This document shows, piece after piece, positions 30,601 to 42,600 of a stretch of 50,983 nt of DNA. The stretch's first letter is position 1; each line of letters starts with the position of its first letter. A program made the translations under genes and the position numbers. The notes beneath the pieces were generated by a model that saw nothing but the letters and a program-made list of their open reading frames with translations, did not search any database and was not told the origin of the DNA. Origin of the DNA: a virus (lineage: Duplodnaviria; Caudoviricetes); IMG/VR virus record IMGVR_UViG_3300034411_000277, positions 1-50,983 of that record, one strand, 5' to 3'.

Positions 30601-33600
30601 TAAGACGGTAACAATACCGGTTGTGTTGTCGTAAGGTGCGTCAAGTACGGTTAGTGTGGTTAGTGAAGTACCAGCACAATCAAACTCAATACCACTTAGC
30701 TGCAAGAAGTAACCATTTTCGCTACCGTGTGCTGCATCAAATGTGATGGTTGAGATACCACTTAGGTCATCATAGATAACGTTAGTGACGTTTAGAGTTG
30801 TCTCGGATGTTCCCGCACAGTCATACTGTAGATCGCGAAGCGTAACTAGGTTACCCGCCACTCTCTTGTGCTGACCGGAAGTCTTGATCGTTACAATACC
30901 AGTCGTCTCATCATATGGAGCTTCAACAACCTTGAGTGATCTGTCGTATCCACCACCTTCTGGGCTAGGGCAACTGAACTCAATTCTATTCAAGTAGACG
31001 AACTCAGGTTGCTGACCGTCTGCTCCAAAGAAGAATGGTTCGTGTCTCTGGAATGTACCGCCACCGATGTATGTGTGGGGGATTCTGATGATACTACCAA
31101 CATCAATTGAGAATATGTTGTCGTTGACGATTGATACAACCTCATAAGCAGGATCCTTATCTGGGAAGATGCTTGTGTTGAAACCAACCGTCGCTTCACC
31201 ACCGAAGTCGTATTCGTGTGGGAAAGGTGAAGGTCCTACGTTACAAGCGAAGACTCTGGATCCTAGGATATCAGTAATCTCAAACTCATAACCATTTGTA
31301 CCATCAGGGAAGATGGTTGTAGTGAAACCAACGAATGCTGTACCCGCGCCTACGTATGTGTGCTCAATGCCGCCGATTGCACCGACATTTACAGTGAACT
31401 CAGTTGCACTTCCAACGGACAATACAACGAACTGATAACCATTAGTTCCATCGGGGAAGACGGTGGTTGTGATACCGACAGTACCGATGCCTCCAGAGAC
31501 ATATGTATGTGGGTATGGAGCAGCACCTGTGTTTACGACAAGTGTGTTTAGTGATGGAGTTTCAAGAATCTCAAACTCATAACCATTTGTACCATCAGGA
31601 TAATTATCGGTTGTGAAACCAACGGTACCAATACCACCGGTTACGTACGTATGAGTGATTCCTGGGATAGAACCAACGTTGATCGTAAGTGTGTTTGGTG
31701 AATTGATGTCTAAGATTTCAAACTCATAACCATTTGTTCCGTCTGGGAAGAAGTTGGTTGTTAGTCCAACAGTTGCAATACCACCAGAGACATAGTTGTG
31801 AACGATGCCTGGGATAGCGCCTACGCTAACTTCCAACTGTGTTGTTGATGGTACGCTTAGAATCTCAAATTCATAACCGTATGTTCCATCAGGGAAGAAG
31901 TTCGTTGTGAAACCAACGGTTCCAATACCACCAGAAACGTAGTTGTGTGTGATTGAACTTGGACCTACGTTTACTGCAAGTCTGTTGTTAGCTAGAACTT
32001 CAATGACTTCAAACTCATAACCATTGATACCATCGGGGTAAGTTGTGGTTGTGAAACCAAGCTTCGCAGTTGCTTGTGAATCATACTGGAAGATGTTTTC
32101 TTCATAGCCTAGAGTAACAGCACCAGATATAAAGGTAGGTGCGTAATAGTTGATGTCTACCTGACCACTACCATAGTAGAAGTGTGGCTCAGATGTTGTA
32201 CCTGCGCCAATAGTGATGATTGTTCCGCCAACACCAGTTACGGATAGAACCTCAAAAGAGCTAGGTGTTACTGGATATGTACTAATACCAGGCTGACTAC
32301 AAACCCACTTGAAGTTGGTTAGAAGCACACTGGAACCAACGGAGACTGAATCAACTGCATCTTGTGTAAGAATAATCTCAACAATACCAGTTAAGTTGTC
32401 GTAATCGGCAGTAACAACACCAGACGAAACGTATGAGCTTTCGTTACTGATCTCAAACGTGGTCGAGTCAACTACGTTTGTGATGTCGTAGAATCTGTTT
32501 GTACCCGTGTAGGAATCATCGAACACCAAACTATCAATACGAACTTGCTCACCCGCAATAATACTCTTGTCGGGGTTGTCGATTGTGATGGTTGTGATAC
32601 CAGAGTCGGTATCAAACTCTGCCGCAATTATGCTTGAAGATCTAGTTGAATAACCAACGTTGATCTCAAATGTAGTTGCATCAATAACGGTAAGAACATC
32701 ATACTCAAAATCAGGATTGACTGGGTATGTTTTTAGCTCAGGTCCAACAGCACAACGGAAGTCGATATTCTCTAGTCTGACCTTTCTACCAACGAATAGA
32801 TTTGCGTTGCTGGTAGAACAACGAACGGTTAGAATACCAGTTGCGTTATTGTATCCAGCACCAAGAACGTTGAAGATGTCTAGTGAATCGGGACAATCAA
32901 ATTCCAAACCACTCAACTGGATTCTGTCGCCAACTTCACTGTCGTGATTAGCTAGGAATGTAAGTGTGGTGATTCCGCTTGTGTTGTCGTATTGTGCGTT
33001 GAATACGTTAAGAGTTGATAGTGACGTGCCTGCACACTCATATTCAATACCACTCAACTGGACGCGACTACCAACAACCTGATTGTGTGGAGCATCCAAG
33101 TCAATGATTGCTCTACCGGTTGTTGCGTTGTATGGAGCATCAACAACGTTGAGTGTGACGAATGAAGTACCTTCGCACTCATATTCAATACCAGAGAGTT
33201 GCATTCTCTCACCAACAGAAGCCAAGTGGTTACCGAAGAATGTGACTGTAGCCAAACCAGTGGTGCTATCGTAAGGAGCATCTGTTACATCTAGTGTGCG
33301 TAGGGATGCGCCATCACAATCAAACTCGATGTCTGATAGTTGGATTCTCCAGCCAGTCCTGCTTCCGTGTGCCCCATCTAATGTTACTGTTGTAATACCA
33401 GTCGTGTAGTCATAGAGTACATCGAGTACGTTGAATGTTTCTAGTGAAGTACCGTTGCACTCATACTCCAACCCACGTAGCTGAACAGTGTCGCTAGGAA
33501 CTAGTGTATGTGGAATTGCAGTCGTGATGGTTACAATACCAGTTACATCATCGTATGGTGCATCTATGATATCAACTGCGTTTAGCTGATAGCTGTTGCA

Positions 33601-36600
33601 GACGTAGTTTAGACCAGTTAGTACAATGCGCTCACCAATCTCACTGTTGTGGGGTGAAGATAACGTTACAGTAACAATTCCACTGACGTGATCGTAAGGT
33701 GCGTTGACTACAGGGATGCTCTCAGTAGATAATCCAGCACAATCAAATTCTAGACCTTCGATGACGACAACGTCGCCTTCATCAAGGTTGATGCTGGATA
33801 GTGATACTGGGGATTCAATCAATAGCTGACCAGAGATGTTCTGGTATGTCGCTACTCCGATGTTGATCTTAGCGGTTGTTGGCTCACCATATGCAGTGAC
33901 GACCATCTCACCAGTCTCGTTATCATAATCAGCGTACTTGATATCGGTAGTTACTCCGATCTGGTTCTCAGTGATAATACCTGTGATTGCACCACCACTA
34001 ACCTCTGCCTCGATTGATGCGCCATATAGAGGAGCATAACCTAGACCAGGAGTTGAACCCAAGGAAACGATTAGACCACCACGTGGGATCTGGTTCTGGT
34101 TTACGTCAAATTCAGATAGAACTTGATCACCATTCTCGGATGTGATACCAGTAAAGATTACTGAGTTGATGCCCGCGACTGGGTTGTATGCGTACTCGTA
34201 GTTGTTACCTTCGTTGTTATCAGTTGTTGGTGTCTGGTAGATATCGTTGATTAGAAGTAGTCCACTTCCATTCTCAATTTCGTTGATGGTGCTACCAGCA
34301 GATGTGAGTGTGAAAGCAGAAGTCTCGCCATCAAATTTGTCGCTGATATCATCGAAGACCGCGATCTTATCATACTCTCTTTGTAGGAATGTTCTCCCCT
34401 GGAAAGATGAGTTGAACTCAACCAAGTTGTTTTCGTTGACTGTAAGAGCACCCTTACCAGAAGGAGCCTCTGTGAAGATAATATCACTTGCAACTAGATT
34501 GTAGGAACCTCTGTAGAGGTCCATAGAAGCGCCCTGAGTGTGGCTAGTCGCGATACTACCTACAACTCCCCTCTCAACACGAATCAACGGTGTTGTACCC
34601 GTGTTATTGATAGGACCCTCAGTACCAGTACCGAAGCCAACGTTATCAATCTTGACGAACTCAGTACCGCCTACTAGTAGTAGATCACCAACTGAGATGG
34701 TACCAATACCAGCCAATGTTAGTAGTTCCTCTGTCTCATCGATGGTCTCATCCAACGTGTAGACCTTATTCGAAGATGTGATAGGAGACTGTAGAACACC
34801 GTCAATTGTGATGACTGTCTTCTCAAGCTTCTGAGACATTTCAAATGTGTGGGCGTTACCAGAACCAATACCGGTGATGATTAGTGCATCTCTGTTGATT
34901 GCATCATCATAAGTACCAGCAACAGAGAATCTGTTGAGGTCTCTCTTGATTGCGTAGACCACATTAGGCATCTTGGTAGTAATACCGATACCTGGGATAT
35001 TGATTGACTGAATATCAATCGCTTCAGATGCAAGTTCTTTTACAGAAGACTCTGGTGTATAGAATAGTCTCTCACCTGTGCTAAAGAAGTGGTCTGGGCT
35101 ATCAATTACGTTGAAGCCATTAGAACCAATATCAATCAAATCAGTAGCAGGATCAATTGTCTTCTGATAGATTGGGATACCTTCATAACGTAGAGGGAAC
35201 CTCACATTGTTTGTTCTCTGCCCGAGAGGAGCAATGAAACGGTCAATGAAGTAGGTTTCTTCTGACTGTGCATAGACTAGGGGAATGTTTCTATAGTTTA
35301 GACTATCAAGGTCTCTATAAATTGTTTCGTTGTAAACGTTAGCTGAGATATTACCACCAGCTAGGTTTGTGTCTGGGTAGAAGAAGAGTACCATATCGGG
35401 ACCAACAACCTCTGCACCGAATGTACCAATACCAGGACCAGGGATGCCGTCACCCTCGGTTATGAATGGATACTCGTTCGTGTATGTTGAACCAGCAGAG
35501 TTTACAAACATCACTTGCTGGATGGTTGCGAATGTATCGTTTCTTAGGTAGACCAAAGATCTAACTGACTGGAACAATCCACTATCGTATCTTGCAAGCT
35601 CAATGGGGCTAGTTACAGGACCTACATTCCTCAAGGAATCTAGAATCAAACTTCTCTCAGTACCAGCAGGGATGTTACCACGCTTGAAACGGTAAGGAGT
35701 TGAGCCTAATGTAGTTTCGGAGAACTCAGTTGACTTGGTAGTAAGTAGGATAGTGCCATCGCTTGTGTTCTGATATTCAACCAATAATACATCAGCACCA
35801 GATACGCTATCAACCTTTACATTGAACTCACCAACAAAATCTTCGTTGACGTTCTTCAACGTGTTACCACTGAAGCCGTAGATCGCCTGGAAGGCGTCAT
35901 CTCTGATGCGGAAGGCATATATCTCAACATAGGATGCTTGATCCCTGGAGTCGATTAGAGTGACCTGTAAGGAGATCGCCTCAATCTGCTCGCTAGATGC
36001 AGTAAATACGATTGCCTGTGATCCACTCTCAATAGATCTCTCTAGACCACCTAGTTGTGCGTTACCAATCTGCTTGAAGCTCTCATCCTCAAACGTGAAT
36101 GAGTTTGTGAATAGCTTTAGGTCAACGTCGAATTCTTCCTGGTCATCAGACGTGTATCGCATTGTATACTCAGTACTTGGTAATGCGATTGCCTCAAAAG
36201 TACCGTAGCCTTTCTCATTATCAGAAACGATTGCCTTCTGTAAGGTGAAAGCATTGTTATCGTAAGTAAGAGCAATAATCTCAGTTAGTTCAACCTGATC
36301 TGTAAATGGGTTTCTTACTTGAAGCAATCCTCTGGTGTAGAGACTGTTGATTACGTTGAAGTCAATGTATTCCTTCTGTGAACGTACGTTATCAGCGTCA
36401 ATGAACTCGTTACTGATATCATCGTGTAATAGAACGCGGTTGGTTCTTACTTCGATGTAGTCAGTTAGTCTCTTGTTAGGAGTCCTACTGTTGAAACGAA
36501 TAGCATTGGTGATGTTATCTCTTACGTTCTGATCGTAACCCAAGTCAAAGTTGTTGATTCTATCAACACGCAATGGGGTTAGTTCAACGTCAGTTAGACC

Positions 36601-39600
36601 GATTAGATCAACTGTGATTGAAGTTCCGGTAGATGATGTGAACGCAATACCAGCAGAACTCTCCAACTTGACGTCGGCAAAGTTTTTCAAGCCAGCAGGG
36701 TGTACCAATCGGTTGATTGGACCGATCATTTCTTCAAATGTAACCTCACTCTTGATAGAGTAAGATAGGTTCTGGTAGTAATCGTTGTCTGGTGTTACCT
36801 GATACTCCTCGTTTAGGAATCCAGTCTGATTGTTCCAACCAGTTGAGATTCTTGATACAGCACCGATTTCAAAACGACACTCAGAACTATCAATAGCAGT
36901 TATGGTTACCGTGATACCACTAACATTACCCTTTAGAACGTCTCCAGGAAGAATGTCGTATCCACCTCTTACCTTGAAGAAGTTGGTGTTTGACTGCTCA
37001 ACAACCAAGTCGGTATCAGCAGCATTACCCAATTCGTCAATGATTGATACGCGCTCACCAACAATCAAGATCGCGGTGTTCTGGTTGACCGTAAACTCAG
37101 GATAGATGTTCTTGTTTACAACAGATGAGAACGCACCCTGGAAAGTTACAGCAACGCCGATGTTGTCGATTGCCTCTTCTGGATACTTGACTCCAATAAA
37201 GATGCGACCGTCTTCAATTCCTTCATCAACAACCTGGAAGAATGAATAACCATAGTCTTCGGAGTTCATATTAGCGAACTCACCAAACTCGGAGATGATG
37301 TTCTCAATGAATACTCTATCACCAACCTCAAAAGGCTTGGTTGCATATCCAAGGATAGGAGTCTGAATACCAAAAGTAACAACACCAACGTTCTGATCAA
37401 TTGAGTTGATTGTTAGAATGGGAATACCGTTACTGTTATTTGTGGTGAATAGCTCGTGTCTGTTCTTAGATAGACCAGAAGGTGCTACGTCAATAATAAC
37501 CTCTGAGATGCCGCTGTTTTGTACAGCGAACTCAATGGATCCACTCTCAATGACTTGACGCGTTACAGCGTCTACTAGGACTGAGTTAGGGGCATTCTGA
37601 TAGCCACTACCACTTGAAAGGATATCAATGCTAGTGATAAAGTCACTATCACCAAATTCAATCTTGGATTGGATGATACCTTTGGGGTTTAGTGTGTTAT
37701 CAGCAGAGTAGGACCAACCTGGGTTCTGGATATTGAAGTTAGCTAGCTTACCGATTGAATCCGACTTAGCTCTCAACGTTGCTGCTGAACCAAACTCACT
37801 ATTGATTGTGATGAACTCAGGAAGATCACTAAAGTTGTCTCCACTAGAAATGATACGAGTATTAGCTACTCCACCAAGTGCGTTTCTAGAAGATGTCTTA
37901 TACTGAATGTCTGCGTCAATAGCAAAGTACTCAGTACTTTCTGGATTATTGTATAAGCTGTACTTGAAAGTATTCAAACCAACGTTTACAATTCTATTAG
38001 AAATGTTGTAGTTACTTTCAATTAGAACAACTGTATTGTTGTTGATTGTGTCTGTATCTGCTGTTGATATGTAACCACCCTTCTCTACACCGTAGTAAAT
38101 GGCAGTTGGGTTGTTGGGTGAGTAGTTGATAGTTCTAACACCATCCTCAAGACCCAATGTTCCAACACCAACGATTGGGAACTCGTCATCAATACCGTTT
38201 GACTCAAAGATTTCAGTTAGAGTCTGATCATAGAAGAACTTCAACTCGTAACCGAGTAGTGATGGATCACTAACGTCAAACTTGATGTTGTTGTTTTTTG
38301 TTACGGCAATCTTAGGATTGACTAGTGATAATGTATGAGTAGAGACGCCAACAGATGTTAGGTCAATAATCAACTCAGAACCAGGCTTAATGTCCTCAAA
38401 GGTCTCAGCAAGCTGGAAGCGGTTACTATCAAAAGGTACAACATAGTACTTCTGATGTAACTCAAGACCACCGACAGATTCAATACCAACACTTGTGTAT
38501 AGGACATAATCACCCAATACAAAGTTGTGAGACTCTATATTGATGATGTTTGCTACTGTATCAATACCGACTGGTTCAACATTCCTTGGGTTAGTGATGA
38601 GTGACTGTGAGATCTCATCAAATAGTAGTGTGACTTCTTTATCAGTACCAACTCCACTATCACCTGTTGGGAGGATTCTCATAGTGATTGCATCACCATT
38701 CTCCAATTCGTGTGGAGTAGCAGTTGTTACAACAGCATCTAGACGCGCAATATTAGCACCCTCAGAATAACGAGTTGTTCTGATGCTGTATGTTGGTAAG
38801 TCTTCACCGCCACCAGGAATGAATACGTTGTTTCCGTCAGCACTTGTTCTAATGCCGATGTAATCTCTTGATAGACGCTCAACAAAGATCAACTGCTCGG
38901 TAGTACCGGTAGATGGTAATGGGGAAATGGTAGTACCATCATCAATGACTAGACGATCATCATCCTCATCACCGATGGAGAAGATAGCTGGCTCAACACC
39001 AACAAACCCGTGATCAGGTGCGAAGATTCTACCAACAGGAATGTCTAGATTATAATTGATATTTCCGATAGAATAAACTGTACCGAATGACTTTCCATCC
39101 GCACCACGCGTACCAAAACCAACAGTTTGTAGGGGATTGAAGTAATAGACTTCATCTAGCTGTGATTCAAACTCAGGTAGAGTTACACTTACATCAAAAC
39201 GATCAGGAATAACATTGAGTTGTGCTCCAATACCAAAGCTAATACCCAATCCAAGTGGACGCAATACTCTGAGTGCTTTGTTTATTGGGAAGATGTTTAT
39301 GATCTCACAACCTTCCGTTGTTAGACCGAAACCAACAACCAAACTAGAACCTACGCTGATGTTATCGGTTAGTGAGTTTACAAAGATGTCTGTATAACCA
39401 GGGAACTGATTTGCCTCCATTGGAGAGAACAGCGTCATAAAGCTGTTGTCTACGGCGATACGCTTTGTTCCACCTAGACTTTCTAATGAAGTGGTTAGAC
39501 CAGAGAATACTACACTGTCGTCATCCAAGTAATCGTGCTTAGGATCAACGTAAACAGATACCGTTGTCTTGTCCTTTCTGACGATTTTAGTAACGTCTTT

Positions 39601-42600
39601 GGTGTACTCAAGCTTCTCGTTGATCACACTAAGGACTTCTTTACCAGTAATCTCACTGATGACTACACTTAGGTTATCTTGCTCCTGGTCAAAGACTGCA
39701 ATCTCACCAATACTGTAACTTACACCAGCACCAATGATATCAATACCATCAACACCACCTTGCTTGATGGTATCAATGATTGCTTCCTGAGTATCAAATA
39801 GGTATGACTGATCTAGGAACTCAGAACCCATAAAAGGATTACCGACAGCATAAGGCTGTGTGTTACGGTAAATGGGCTTATCATTGATGTTGAAGTCTTG
39901 ATCTACATCACCAGATCTGGATCTGATAGGAGCATCACGGAACTTAGGACCAACAAAGTAAGGGAACTGTGGCTCTCTTTCTAGTGACTGTGCATCGGTG
40001 GAGATACCAGCGAAGTATGCATAAACACCGTTGGGGAATTCGGGAGTACGGCAATAGCGACCGTTGTACTCGTCAAGGTCACCATTATCAACATACTTGA
40101 AGTCTTCAACGAAGAAACCAGAAGGATATAGGAACTCAGAAGGACGACCTTCAATAATTGATGGATCTAACTCATAAGCAGTCTTCATCGCTCTGAAGCC
40201 TGAGTTGAAGTTCTCAGGATCATCTAGTGCGAAACCACCATAGATTGGGTTACCGTCATTTGCCCAACCGATGATTGGGGAGTGAGTGAAACCTACGTCA
40301 TTATAAACATTCTCTCTGATTGTTCTATCGTAAGATACGATAGCGTAGTTGTTGTCGATTAGACTCTGGAAACCAAAGCGCTCTTGTAGGTTGACTGATA
40401 GGTCTCTGATACGAGGAGTTAGGATAGCACCGTCAGCAGGATCAACTACAGTAGTTTTTGTAGTCTCTTGCTTGTACCCAAGACCTGGGGATAGGATTAG
40501 TACCTCTTCAATAGAGCCGTCTACAACGATTGCGCGAAGTACAGCACCCTGACCACCACCTTCGGGATCAGTAACGATAACATCAGGGGAGTCTGGGTAG
40601 TTGATACCTTTGGATAGAATTAGGATTGAGATGATCTCACCTTCTACCACAACAGGAGTCAATCTAGCTCCTTCACCTCTAACAGTAGTTACCTTGGGAT
40701 TCTTCTGGAAGTTTAGGATATCAGAACCATAGTAACCACCTTCATCAACATAAGTGGATTCAATCTCACCACGGATGAATGGAGTTGCTGTAATGATACC
40801 AGTTACAGTTGATGCGAAAGATACAACAATATCAACGACAACGTCGGGATACTTTACATTGTGTGTTCCTACACCAGTAGATGTGAAGTTGACGAAATCT
40901 TTGCGATCATAGTCAAACTTGCTAGTACCGCCTATACCCGCGTCAGCGAGCTTGAAGCTGTCGTCGGTGAGTTTCTCTACGTAGTACTGGTTAGAGGTGC
41001 TCAAGCCGCCGATAGACGTCTCTGTGTTGCCGTACTCAACCAATTCACCTGAATTGAATCCGTGCTTGGGATAACGGATCTCGTCATACTCAATAAAGAC
41101 GTTCTCAGGGCGGAACTGCATATTGCGGTAGTAGAAGTCACCACCGTCTTCGATGATTGTAGCACCAGTGATTCTACTCTTAGATAGAGTATCGAATGAC
41201 TGAATACCATAACCATTACCAGTTGAGGTAAATCCAACTGTATTGACACCAGCTCGTAGATCACCCTGTGTTGGGTAGATTCTAATTGTACGTGAGTTTA
41301 GTGGTTCGCAGTAGTAAATACCACCGTCAGCTAGGACGTTTGCTGCACTTCCACTGTTTGTACCACCAGCTCTAGCAATAGAGATACTCTGAGCACCCTT
41401 ACTATTATAAACAATCTCCTCACCAAGTGAGAACTTGTGATCGTTTAGGAATAGGATTGATTCGTCTTCAGCATCAATACCACCACCAAGAGCAACGATT
41501 CTACTATCGAAAGGAACCGAACGACGTCTTCTCTCGATTAGAGGAATAGCAGATGCACCAGGGCTGTTACCACCAACTACACTGATAGAGAATACTTTAT
41601 CAACGTCAAAGTCTTGTGGGTCAATTAGGATCTTTTCTAGCTTACCTTTGATAACAGGGGTTACATAGGCAGTAGAAGGACCAACGGTAGTAGGAGCAAC
41701 TAGTTGTAGATCGGGATCTTCAATAATGATCTCAGGGGGGCTAGTTACGCTGTAACCACGTCCACCAGCAACTGGATCCACCTCTACGATAGGACCAAGG
41801 TATACCTTGCTAGCACCTTTGTAAGATAGAATCTCAACACCATTAGTGAGTACAGCAACAGTACCAGGATCTACTTCTACTGGAGTACGTGAGATGGTGA
41901 TGTTCTGTAATAACTGTGTATCACTAATAGGGATCTTTCTGTAAGTTCTCTGGCTTCTGATCTCTCTACCACTCTGAGTTGCAAGAGTGAAGATGTGGTC
42001 ACCAGGAGAAACTACACCGTTGAATCCAACAGCATTAGTACTACCAATGAAGGAAGGTGAGATGAAGAGGCGGATCTTTCTGGGATCACTCAATACTTCA
42101 ACAAAGTACTCACTGATCTCACAAATCGGAGTGGTTACCTTTGAATTGGTAGTATACCTAATTAGGTCGCCGGTTAGGAATGGTACTGGAGTCTCAAATA
42201 CAAGAGTATTGAAAACATCCTCAAACTTATCAAACTCTTCAAAGTTTGTTGTGGTGATACCAGAGATTACACTCTCAATAACCTCAACATCCATCTCGTA
42301 AGATGGTAGTGAGTTAGTAGCAACATAGAAATTGGAATCATACTCCCTTGCATCATACAAGTTGATGACGTTACTTAGAACAGCATCATTACCATAATCA
42401 ATATTGGTATTTGAACTAGTTGCAAAGTTCTGCTTTCTTCTAATATCAATTAGAGCATTGAGGGGTAGACCAGATGTATCACTAACAGTGATTGTTGCGT
42501 TCAAGAAGTCAACGCTATTTACTACTCTGTTCTCCAAGAGAACTTCTTGGGAGTTTCTGGTCAAGAAGTCAACAAAGTCACCCTCATTGATATATGACTT

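Noticed and set aside
29656-33948. gp7 repeats as a CRISPR array or a diversity-generating retroelement TR/VR pair
   Set aside because: The repeats are in-frame protein repeats with homologous intervening sequence; no adenine-specific mismatch pattern was noticed, and no reverse transcriptase or cas gene is in the window.
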